Shown here one piece after another: positions 48,031-59,300 of a DNA stretch of 64,000 bases (the stretch's first letter is position 1; the number at the start of each line of letters is the position of its first letter). Under the pieces are notes generated by a model that was not told the DNA's origin, ran no database searches, and saw only the letters and a list, made by a program, of their open reading frames with translations. A program made the translations under genes and the position numbers. Location: the IMG/VR virus record IMGVR_UViG_3300021197_001482. The stretch is one strand, 5' to 3'. The stretch is from an uncultured virus (IMG/VR IMGVR_UViG_3300021197_001482). Taxonomy: Duplodnaviria > Heunggongvirae > Uroviricota > Caudoviricetes.

Positions 48031-49449
48031 TCAATATCTCCTAATCTCGGTCTTATTCGCACCTATCGGCAACCCTTCGCCGCCAATTTTGCCTCTTGTC
48101 TTCGTGCCTTTAACCCCTCCGATTAAGAAGGCGGTAGTATGAACACCACGCTCGGTTACTTGAGAAGTGATACGCAATTCAATTTTACCAAACATGGATA
48201 AGTTTTCTTCGACAATTTGTACATAGGTAAGCGGTGCTTCTCCACTGGAAACAGCGGTTGCCCCTTCACTAATGCCTTGCAGTACACCTTCTATACCCGA
48301 CTCGATATTAAGCATAGTAAGGTCGGTAACACCTACTATCGGCATATGTCTTGCTTCTGTGATGACACGAGTTTGCCCGTCATACTCAATCGTCATACCC
48401 GGTCGCATGTCAGTGATGCCGGGATGACCGCTACTGCTGATTGCACCCGCTGTAAGTGTATGACCTCGTAGGATTTGACGAGCGACTCTTCTTGCTCCAT
48501 TAGTTGAGCGCACTGTCATATCTACGACTGGTGCTGGTTCTTCTCGTATCTCACCGTTGTTACCGCTTTGTCTTTCAGTGTCATCAACAGTAACGATAAC
48601 CAAGTCATTCAATGCCATTGGCTGACCTTGTACAGTGACACGGTTTGGTGTATTATCCACAGGGTCAGTTCGCTTAGAACCAAAACGGATATTGGCGTTT
48701 ACACTACGAGTGGCTTCACTGAATGTGATAGGAACATACAACATGTTACCGAATCTGTCTATCAGTATCATGCGGCTGTCATGCCGACCGATAAACCGTA
48801 GTGCGGTCATCAAGTTGACATTTGTAAAGTCTTGACCGAGGAAGCGAGTAGAGTGAAGTCTTCGACCGTTGTTGTTGTTTGCGGAACTCATACTGCGACC
48901 AATGTTAAAACTATTCATACTGGTAGTTGCTTGCTGACCTAAACGGATAGCCATATCTGTTGTTCGCAAACCAACATCAATTGGTTGACCCAACTTAACT
49001 TCACGCTCAAAGAAACCAATGTCGTTAAGTGTTTTTCCTTTCATGTTTTGTAGATTCATTAGAATACCTACCGTACTCGATTCAAGTGTTGAGATAGATA
49101 AGCGTTGGGCGGAGTTGTCGGCATTGTAAACAAGCATGGGTTTGTTGGTTGAACTCAATACATTGTCGCCCAAAAACGGCACTGCGGTGCTACTATGCCC
49201 CGGTGTTTCTTTATGTGTGATTTGAATTGACGACTCACCTTCAACGATTTGATAGCGGGTTTCGGGCATGACTTGGAAAGTAGAAGCATTACTATTTTCA
49301 ATGGTAACTTTCGCCTGTACACCTGTACTGGTGTCCACCTTTGCATGATGAACGGCGTTATCAACAAATACTGGCTTACGCACATGGTCCATCACTGCGG
49401 GCATATCAGTACTAAACCGACCAACAACTGTATTCTTTATGACAGTCAT
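48031..49449 (-). CDS. Probable tail/baseplate hub-like structural protein
   Basis: IDRFGNMLYVP, NRVTVQG, ARRVARQIL, DMRPGMTI patterns resembling hub proteins; tail context. Confidence 0.5.
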   Translation of the reverse strand: MTVIKNTVVGRFSTDMPAVMDHVRKPVFVDNAVHHAKVDTSTGVQAKVTIENSNASTFQVMPETRYQIVEGESSIQITHKETPGHSSTAVPFLGDNVLSSTNKPMLVYNADNSAQRLSISTLESSTVGILMNLQNMKGKTLNDIGFFEREVKLGQPIDVGLRTTDMAIRLGQQATTSMNSFNIGRSMSSANNNNGRRLHSTRFLGQDFTNVNLMTALRFIGRHDSRMILIDRFGNMLYVPITFSEATRSVNANIRFGSKRTDPVDNTPNRVTVQGQPMALNDLVIVTVDDTERQSGNNGEIREEPAPVVDMTVRSTNGARRVARQILRGHTLTAGAISSSGHPGITDMRPGMTIEYDGQTRVITEARHMPIVGVTDLTMLNIESGIEGVLQGISEGATAVSSGEAPLTYVQIVEENLSMFGKIELRITSQVTERGVHTTAFLIGGVKGTKTRGKIGGEGLPIGANKTEIRRY

Positions 49450-50051
49450 TCTCCCCTCGCCCCCCATGTCCCTTGTCCTTCACCTGTGTAATTATAAGGA
49501 AGTTGAGTCAAGTATTGCGGGGGTATGTGTTGCTCAACAAAGCCTTCTGCGGGTTCACCCATATATCCTTTGTTTCTAAATTGACCTTGCAATTGTTGAG
49601 TTGGTATTCTCACTCCGATTTGTTTTCGCCCTTCTAATTCCGTAAAAGCGTGAGAAAGTTGTTTTTGTTTGTCAGTCATTTCACCTGTAGGATAAAACCA
49701 ATTGCCTTTTTTCTCTTCATGAATATCAAACGGTTTAACATCGGTGTCCACTCCACTTTCCTTGTTATCTATTCCATCGCTTTCCCATTGCTCACTTGAT
49801 TGAGTAGGTATTTGTGGTTTTAATCCCTCTTGAATCAATTTTTCATACGGTTGAAACTCGTCGGGGTTAAAATCATTATGAGTAGCGTAACCTGCATCAA
49901 TTGTTTTTAACCAGTCATCCCCCCATTCTTGTACAGGATGAAACCTTCGCATCGTCACCGGCCCATACGAACTTGGAAAGTCGGGATGAAACTCACCCAG
50001 TTCGGATTGGCGTGATGCCTTGAGAAAACGCCAAGCCTTCTCAAATATCAT
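49446..50051 (-). CDS. Leader-tagged probable ADP-ribosyltransferase (Tpt1/KptA-like ART fold)
   Basis: Starts MIFEKAWRFLKA; RRFH, LIQEGLKP, GNWFYP, IGVRIP, EGFVEQHIPPQYL. Confidence 0.55.
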   Translation of the reverse strand: MIFEKAWRFLKASRQSELGEFHPDFPSSYGPVTMRRFHPVQEWGDDWLKTIDAGYATHNDFNPDEFQPYEKLIQEGLKPQIPTQSSEQWESDGIDNKESGVDTDVKPFDIHEEKKGNWFYPTGEMTDKQKQLSHAFTELEGRKQIGVRIPTQQLQGQFRNKGYMGEPAEGFVEQHIPPQYLTQLPYNYTGEGQGTWGARGE

Positions 50052-50060
50052 ATCAAGCCC

Positions 50061-50396
50061 TCAACAGTTCCATCGTTTCAAAGATGCTCCCTTTGGTGTG
50101 AGTTTACCCTTTTTACTGGTAGCACCTTTCATACCACTCATACGAGCGCAGAATGATTTACGACGCTTGGCCTTTTTTGAGCCGGGTTTGAGTTTACTTG
50201 GCTTGGTTGTCACCGGGGGTTTGAGATTTGCGCCACTCTTACGCTTGGCGGCGGCACGACCCTTAGCGTTCAGTCCACCTTTTGGGCTGTGCTTATTTGG
50301 GTTATAACCGTGAAATGGTTTTTCCTTCTTAGCCTTCATCAAAGCGAATGCGTTCTCCATTGGTGTACAACAATTACAAAAGTCGTATTCAATCAT
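50061..50396 (-). CDS. Highly basic DUF6321-like protein with a degenerate leader
   Basis: GGLNAKGR...NLKPPV...RRKSFCARM...LKRWNC; N-terminal TPMENAFALMKA. Confidence 0.7.
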   Translation of the reverse strand: MIEYDFCNCCTPMENAFALMKAKKEKPFHGYNPNKHSPKGGLNAKGRAAAKRKSGANLKPPVTTKPSKLKPGSKKAKRRKSFCARMSGMKGATSKKGKLTPKGASLKRWNC

Positions 50397-53300
50397 GCGC
50401 CATCACCACTGTGGTCTGTTGAGTTGTAGGAGACATCCCCTTTATGTCCTTTTGGATGTAAGGCTTGACTGAACCGAGGTTGTACACTGTAATCCTTACG
50501 AACAACAGTCTCATCGTTTTCTACAGATGTGCGACGGCGTGATGCATCGGAACGGTAGTGTTGCAAAGTATTTTCACTGATAATTACACGAGTAACTTCA
50601 TTGTCAATTTTACTACTGTCAAAGCCGCTGTCACTCGTTCCGATGATTTTTGGGCCTTTACTTATAGGTCGAGTATCGCTGTTTACAATTAACATGGAAT
50701 ACGCAGGTGCGTAAGGAGGGTTTGTATTTGGACCACTACGCATGTAAGTAGTTTCGCCATCTGTTGCTCTATGGTTTTCTACATTGTAAACATACAAACC
50801 ATACTTGCCACCAGCGGTAGCACCGAAGTAATTACTACCGTTTTGCGGGGCTGATGCGTGTAAGTTGAGATTTGAACGGAACATCTCTATGTGTTGTTTG
50901 TCCATCAATCGAACTGGGCGCATCATGTATGTGATGGATTTATCAATAACATTTGTTCTTTTACCAGCAGGAGAAAATGTAACTGTGGAGTAAGGGTTAC
51001 TACTGAAACCGACAGGTGCGGTGAAACTTAGTGTAACTCCATCATCGGGACTGTCGGCTGTTGCGTTTGTTTCTATTGCTATAGTTGTTGCATTTGTTAC
51101 TTCACTGATAGCAACATCATCGGGAATACCTGTTCCAACAACTTTCATACCCACTACCAATTTAGCAGTAGATTCCATAGTAATATTAGAAGAACCGTTT
51201 GCTGTTACGCATATAGCGGTAAATCCACCCCAATTACTATCATCAATCGGTGAAAGGAAGTTGCGGGTTTCAGCAAGGTAAGTACCACCAAGCGGGTTGA
51301 AGTTTGAGGTATGACTCATACGCACTGCGCCACCTTGCGGCTGTCCTCCAAAGTCAAGTGCAGTAAGGTCATAGTTACCTATTGTTTGAGAGCCTGTTTG
51401 CATACCACCTTGTAATACAACACGCTGTCCTACATTGCGGTCTGTGTGTAGGCTGTGCGCTTCGGTGTTGACGACGATTTGATTGGTGTCAACGCCTTGT
51501 AGGTTTTCAGTGTCAAGACCGATACGAGGACTACTGCGGCTTACTGCATCCTTATGCGGTGAGTCACCGACGATATTCTCCATACGGTCGCTTACTACTG
51601 CTTCGGGCTTGAGTAGTCCGTCTTCTGCAATCTCCAAGCGTGAACTGATACCACGAGGCACTTCTGTGTTTTGCAGTACATCGTTTCTTGCACGAATGAA
51701 ACCATCGTTGAGTATAGGCTCGGCGGTGTGATGAGAGAGGACAAGTCCTGTTGTATGAATAGGTTCACTCAATGCGGTGAGTACATCCTCGTTGAACTGT
51801 GTTGGGTATCGAATACCTCTACCGTTACCCATGTCACCTACACGCTGTGCGTTTGATGGCATGAATACATCAACCAAAGTGTTTGTATCGTTATTATTAG
51901 TGTTGTTTAAACGACCACCGAATCTCGGTAGTGTTGCCGAAATACTCAATGCTGTATCAGCCGCATTAGTGAGTCCCTTCAAATTAACAAGGTGGTTGCC
52001 ATTGTTGTGTATTCGTTGATATGGTGTGCGGTTGTTTCGTCGGTCGTATTCGTATGCATCACCGGCATCCCATGATGGGCGAATACCGAATGAACGAACA
52101 GGGAAACGGCGAACATCCTCACCACGAGTATTACCCCACCAGTCAACAATATAATACTTAGCGGCATCCTCAATCGAATCTAAGCCCTTACCGTTACCAT
52201 CACCCCACCAGTCACGCAGTACAGTAGCACTGTTGCGTAGGGTGCGAATAGGGCAACCGAATGGGCGGGTATAGCGAACACCGTCACTGTATCGAACCTG
52301 CCATTCCGGTTTGTCAACACCGAGCATACCGGAGAAGTTGGTTTGGCGTTCCATAATACCAGTGTATGTGTTCGGGAAAGTAGAGGTTGAACTACCGTCA
52401 CCACCAGCGTATGTTGATGTTTGAGTTTCTGTTTGTACCAATGGACCGTGAGTGTAACCTATACTGGCGTTGGTGGCTGTTACTGCTGTCTCTCGCAATG
52501 CTCGCAAGCCGTACATGGACCACTGCGGCTTGTTGTATGGTTGGCGTAGGCCGAAGCGATAACCGAATGGTCGTGGGCGTGTTGGGTTACTGATACCATC
52601 GTATGATGATTTACTGATACCACTACTTACAGCATAAGAACCATCATCGTCAGCATCCGACCAAATAGGACCATCAAAGCCGTAGTCTCGTGGATAGTCC
52701 CATGTAGATGAGACATAAGCGTAACCATCAAGGCGGCTTACCAATGGCCCACCACGACTACCACTCGGCCAAAAGTGATTGAGCATACTCTTGGTGGCTG
52801 TATCACTGCTGTCCGACTGTCCACCTTGCATAAGCCCTGTACCGATAGTGGTATCAATTGTTTGAGCAGTTTGAGGTGTCCCATCAGCACCAGTGTATAT
52901 GATAGAACCTACAGCGATTTGAGGTGGTAGTGTATCAAATACTACAATGGTAGTATCTCCTTCTGTAACAGTACCATTAACTTGATACATACGCCCATCA
53001 ACAAAAATGTAACTTTCATCCGATATAATCTCTCCACCGTTTGTAGTAATCGTATTACCAGTGTGTGATACAACTTGACGAGTGTGTGAACCATCAGCGG
53101 CGAGGTCAGCGGTCTTGTAGTATCGCAGTGAATGATTCCCACTCGCCATAGTTGTCAACGGTGTACCCTTGACATTGACACACCCTGTTAATGTTGTACC
53201 ACCAGCACCACCACCGGTATAAGTGAATATTTCTTCTTCACTACCACTGTTGACATACACTGTATTTGTACCACTTGTAGGCCATCCGGCCATTATAGCA

Positions 53301-56300
53301 CCTGTGGCAGTTACAGTTGTACTACTCACACTCGCTGATGTAGCAGTGTAGTATGTTGATTGCGCTTCGGTAGGCGGCATGGCTGTCTTCATTCGCAAAG
53401 CAAACGGCCCCATGCTGGCATAGTAAGTAGCGTCATGGTAGTGGACAGTTTCAAAATGTTCCGGCATACTGTTGAGTGGTTTTTGATTGATGGCTCGGTC
53501 AGTCAGTGGGTTCAACCATGTTCGACTCGCATCGCTGTAGAAAGTGTGAGGGCGACCAAGGTTTGGATGCCATAGACAAAGGAAAGCATCAGCCATATGT
53601 AGGCTGTTGGTATCACGACTACCCGCTAAGGTTTGAGGTAGAGTTTGAGTGATAATGCTTGTTTCACTGTCACTTAAAATCGCATTTGCTGGTCGGAAAT
53701 CATACGCACGAGATAAGCGTAATTTTGTTCCTACTGTTAAATTACTTGTGAAAGTAGAGTTGGCTACTATAGTAAATTGCTTAGGCTTATTCATCAATGA
53801 TGAATCATAACCACTGCGTTCAGTGTAAGTATGTGTTCTTCGTGTGCCTGTAGCATCGGTGTATTCAAGCACCATACCATAGTAAGGTTGCTTAGGGAAT
53901 CCTCGTGCATCATCTACTGTAATAACTGTGGATGCTATACTCACTACAGTACATACAGGTGTGAGACTGATGTTCTCAAGTATCTCGGAGTATAAGTCGG
54001 GATAGAAACTTGGATAGCCAGCAAGCGTGATTTGAGAAGCAATCGAGCCGCTACTTGCTCTCAAGAACTCATAGTAGTTGTCAAGACGATGCCAAGACAA
54101 ATGATTGAAACGGTCAGCATCAGCGTTATCCGGGCCAACCTTGTGAACAATAGACCACCACGGTATATTGGTTGTGAAGCCGGGCGTAGCATCTACGAAC
54201 ATACTTGGGTAATACGGTAGAGAGCGACGAACAAAGGCCGGTGATTCTGTGCTTTGTACACCAAGTGGGTTGTATAGCATCAACGGTGGAATATTAGTGA
54301 ATTGACTACCGTAATCGGGGTCATGGTCTATCATCAATTCATTAACAAATATTTCACAGCCTCTTACATCAGCCATAGTAGCATTAGCCAGTACAAGTGC
54401 ATAAGCACCATACCTGCTGTCGGGTTCACGAATACCTACAACCAGTGCGACTTGTTGGCTTGTTAATTCACTTACACCACCATTAGGAATATCATTAGCA
54501 GGGCCATTTGCATGATAACCAATAAACTGCGAACTATGCATATTTGGTTGTATGATGATTTGATACGCACCAACCTCGGCAGGGTCGGGGAAATGTTCTT
54601 TCAGTGTGTAAGTACCTGCGGCTTCAAGAACGATTGTGTGTCCACCCTTTGAGTTTGTAACACCTGCATCACCTTCGGAAGCAAGTACACCGTAACCATC
54701 GTTACGCAACTTGGTTTCAAACATCAATGAGAAACCGCCACCGTGTATGTCACTTGGGCCGCTTGGTGTAGCGGTTAATGAACCAAAGACCAACAACGGG
54801 TCATAGGTAGGGAATGTAGTAGGTGCGCTTGTAATTAAATCATCCATATCAAAACGCTCATCAAGAATAGTAAACTCATCCGATTGTAAAGTGGCCGCAC
54901 GACAGGCTCGGTGTTTGTCGTATAATCCTTGATAAGCAGGATGCGCCCAATGTCCGGGTAGCATAGCCATTGTTGCGTTGACAAAATGATGACCCATACG
55001 AGGTATAGGTGCAGGAGTTAATTGCGGCTTTTTGTATATTGAATAACCAGTCATGGCTTCTTCGGCTGTCACGGAGTAATTGACATAGTGAGTATGTGCC
55101 ATGTCGGGGCTGTTACCACTTACTTCTGCATGGTCCCGAATACGGCGTGAACCATAGAATCGGGTGCTACCGGCAGGAATGTAATACGATGGGACTACTT
55201 TCAGTGCTGTAATACTACTAAGAACGAGTTTGTTGAATACTTCATCGCCTACGCAACCTGTAAATGTAGAACCGCTGATACCAGTAAAGGATGCTACACC
55301 ACCTTCATCGGTGGTAGGATTATACAAGCGAAGGAATCTGCGCTCTCCGACTCGCTCTTTGTTACCGAATGTAGAATCATAAACAGCGGAGTTTACACTT
55401 GTATTCACTGTTAAAGTAGTACCGACAAAAGACACACCTGTAAGTTCGTGATTAACAACACCACCGCTGTGTGAATAAATGACAGGGTGCTTGTGTGTGT
55501 TGGTGTTACCCATTTTTGTTACATGGAAAAACAAGGTACGGTCGTGTAATTCGTATGCCGTTTCAAGGGGTGCATTTCCAGTGGAACTTTGCCAGCCCGA
55601 CATTGTACTTTCGGGGTTATCAGTGCCTTGTTTGAGATGTTCCCAATTATGGTCGCTGTAAGTAGGGCCGAGGTTTGGACTCACTAAACTGTTATCGAAC
55701 ATATGTTCTACAGTGGATTTAGTCATCATACCACCTGTACCCATTGTTTCAGTTTGATAGGCTTGGAGTCTATCGAAGCCGGAACGAATAAGTAAGTTAC
55801 CGGGTATAGAATCGGGGTTTGGTAAGCGTATTTTCATGTTCGGCTCAACACCGCTACCGGAAATTGCAGGGGCTAATCCTTGCGCTGAACGGTTGGATAG
55901 TTGAGTAAACGCTCTTATGATTGTTCCAAACGGAGAGCCACCTTCTACTGTATGCTCTTGCCCTGTGTCATCTACTACTGTAATACTTTCAAACTGAATC
56001 TCTTCATTTGGTATTTCAAGAATGTTACGCAACAAATCGGGGTGGCGAGATGCCATCTGTGGGTGTGATAACTCTTGGGCTTGGATGATAGGGAACATTG
56101 CACTGTTGGTAGATTCAAAGGTAAAGCGGTTATTACCGTACAGTTTTTCACCAGTGGTGTAAGCGTTACCACCTGCTACACGAGTAACAAACGGTACAGC
56201 ACCCAATCCTCGTGCGTTTGGTGCAGGGAGGCTAAGGTTGCCACCATCCATTCGCTTCCACACTACATGCTCAACACTAAAGTTTTGAGCAGGGGTACGC

Positions 56301-59300
56301 TGTGATAACTTGTAACCGTTGGTGTCACCAAGCCAGTAATCATCATTAGTGTAATCGTAATTATCAATTTCAGCATCAGTGCTTGATAACTCAAGTTCTT
56401 TTGTAATATTACGAGTCACATTGGTGACATCCTCAAGTAACATTGTACCGGGGCTAATATCAGTGTCAAAGAACAAATCACCTGTAACAGCAAAACAAGG
56501 TTCTGCGTTGTAGAGATTCGTGTCTTGGTCGCCAGTTAATGCTGTGTGTAAGACATAAGCGGCGTTTGGTACATCAGCAGTAGGTGTTGCTGTTCCTGTA
56601 GCAATCAAGGCTTCTACATTTGGACCAGCGTTGGCGGGGGCTATGTATCGTTCAGCATCATGGAATCGTTCATCCCATCGTGTTGTACCAGCGAAGGTGA
56701 TAGCAGTAGCGGCGGCTACACCGGCACGAGTTTTTGATACTACAGAAAGCCAATCACCGGTTGCTGTTATACCATCACGGTCAGTCTTGGCTACAAGTGC
56801 CAACTCACTTTCGTTACTGATAACAAGCATTGCTCGACTGAATACACCCTGTTGATGGTGAAGTTTTTTATCAAGAGTATATGATGTATTGGAATCTGTT
56901 GCTTCTAATATATGAGGCGGTTTAGCACTCATTATGTCCTTTGTACTTTCAACATCAGTGAAATCATAATTATCATACCAAGTGTCACCACCGACTAATC
57001 CGATGTTCCAAGTGTACGGTGTGGTAAGCGCAACATCATATGACACATTAGATGCTTCTTGTCCGTTGACTCTTGGGCTTGCTTCGGGGCTGTTATACAT
57101 TGGATATGAACTTGGTAGGTGTCCTAATGTATTCATACACGAGGCTGATGAACCATATGGGGTGAAGCCCATTTTAGGATGCCAAGCACCTTTTCCAGCA
57201 CCATATCCTTCTGTACCTACCTTGAGAGAGTTAAGGTATGAATAACGCTCTCCCGCCCATCCTACAGCCCCTACAGGGCGTGTACGGTCAATAGCATCTA
57301 CCAAACCACCAAAGTGAACTTGAGTCATGTGGTTACGAGATGTTTCATTTTTGTTATTGAAACGGTGTACGCCCGCCTTCGACCATACATAGATTTTACT
57401 TGGAGAAGGGTGAACTAAACCACCACCGCCGGGGTCATATCCCGGTGTCGGGAAAGTCATAGTTGCACTTTGACATTTGTTATGCCAAGTGGTTATGTCT
57501 TCTAAAAGAGGTAATCCACTTATTCTATTCGGTGCGAGGTAAAACTTGATTTTGTATGTACCGCTATCATTCCATATTTCTCGACTGTGATAACATCCAA
57601 AAGAGGATTTTATGTATCTATCTGCTTCTGCAACATCTGTTTCGGTGTAATCTCTTCCACCGGTATCGGTTCTTATCCAACCACACGCTGGTATTTGTTC
57701 TAATTCTGCTTGCGTAGCACCTGTAATAGTTGCTACAATATGAACTTCGGAATTATCAACATCTCCGGTTGTATCACCGAATGCTTCACCACTGAATACT
57801 TTACCGAGTAAATCATCAGCGAGATTGTTATATGAAACAAAGTTGGTTTCAATCCAACCGTATCGGTCTTGACGCATTGCGTTACCCATAGACGGTAGGA
57901 ATGTGCCACCCATTGCTTTAAGCGCACCTTTACCGGGATTTTCATTGATGGCTTGACCGATGATAGTCGCCAGTTCCTCACCGTTTTGACATCGTGTGCC
58001 ATCTACAATGATATAATCACTGTCAAAGTTAAGTGCAGTTTCGCTGTTCGCACCTTCAAGAATAGTTTTAGCCATAACACCCGAAACACGGAATGCTGTA
58101 GCATTAACTTGGTTCCATGATTCTAAGGCGTAACGATAGTTACCGTTGGGGTTTGGTGCGTTAAAGGATATTTGATTATCGAGCCATGAACCACCCGGAT
58201 GATACCCACCATCCATGTGAAATGTCATGTCTGCACTCATAGCAATACCGTAATATGCGACAGCACTATGTTTGTAAGGATGGGCTTTGTAATAATCAGC
58301 GGCGTTATCACTTGTTAATTTACCAGCGGTTGGGTTGGTAAATACTTCACCGTAATGAGAACCGTGTTCCGGTCGCTGTTGTAAATAACCTACATTCGGA
58401 ATACCTTGCGGTGGCGACCAGTTTAGCGTAGTACGCCAATGGTAACGCTGTCGTGCGGTTTGATATGCTGTATCGGGCGGGCCATACAAATTATCACTGT
58501 TTGTAATTTCATTTGGTAAGAACTTACTATGAGGTACTTTACTCCAAGTGTTACCAGCAGTGACGACATATCCGGGGTGTGGTTCGACAGCCGCATTGGA
58601 GTTGTCGTCTTCGGTGAATGGGAACGCTTGACCCGGCCCATAGACAAGGTAAGTAGTTTTATTTTCAATGTAATTAAATGTTAAAGTTCCGTTTGACACC
58701 GAGCCACCAGTAGTAGCAACCGATAACTCAAATGTGGTAGCATTGGTAATGGATGATACTGTAGCCCCATCGGGAATACCTGTACCTGTGACCGTCATTC
58801 CTACAACAAGTTGTGTTGTAGAATCCATTGTAATCGTTGGGTCATTGTTGTAATCACATGTAGCATCAACAATAGGCTGACTGTCGTGATAGCGAGCAGT
58901 AGGATGAGCGAAGCGAAGCACCAACGGTACAGGCTGTTGGCGAACAATACCTGCGGCGTATCTCGCTCGTACATCACCTGCCGCCGCCGCATTGAGTAAA
59001 GCAAAGTCGGCATCCAAGTTGCCGCCCCGTAGGTCGGGTGATAGAATACTGTCTTTGTTCGACACTGGGCTGTTGATTGACCCTCGGTGCTGATTGAGTA
59101 GGGCTGTGCCGGGGAAGAAAGCGAGTAGTGCGTTACAATCCACCATAGCGAATGACCCGCTAATTTCATTGGCGTTTTGAATACCCGCTGTTCCTGTTGG
59201 CCCGCCCGAATACGGGTGAGTGTAGAATGGTGAGTAATCATTCTGTGTTCCATCGTTAATATCGAGAGTAACACCAGTGAACCCGCCGCCAAAGTAAAGC

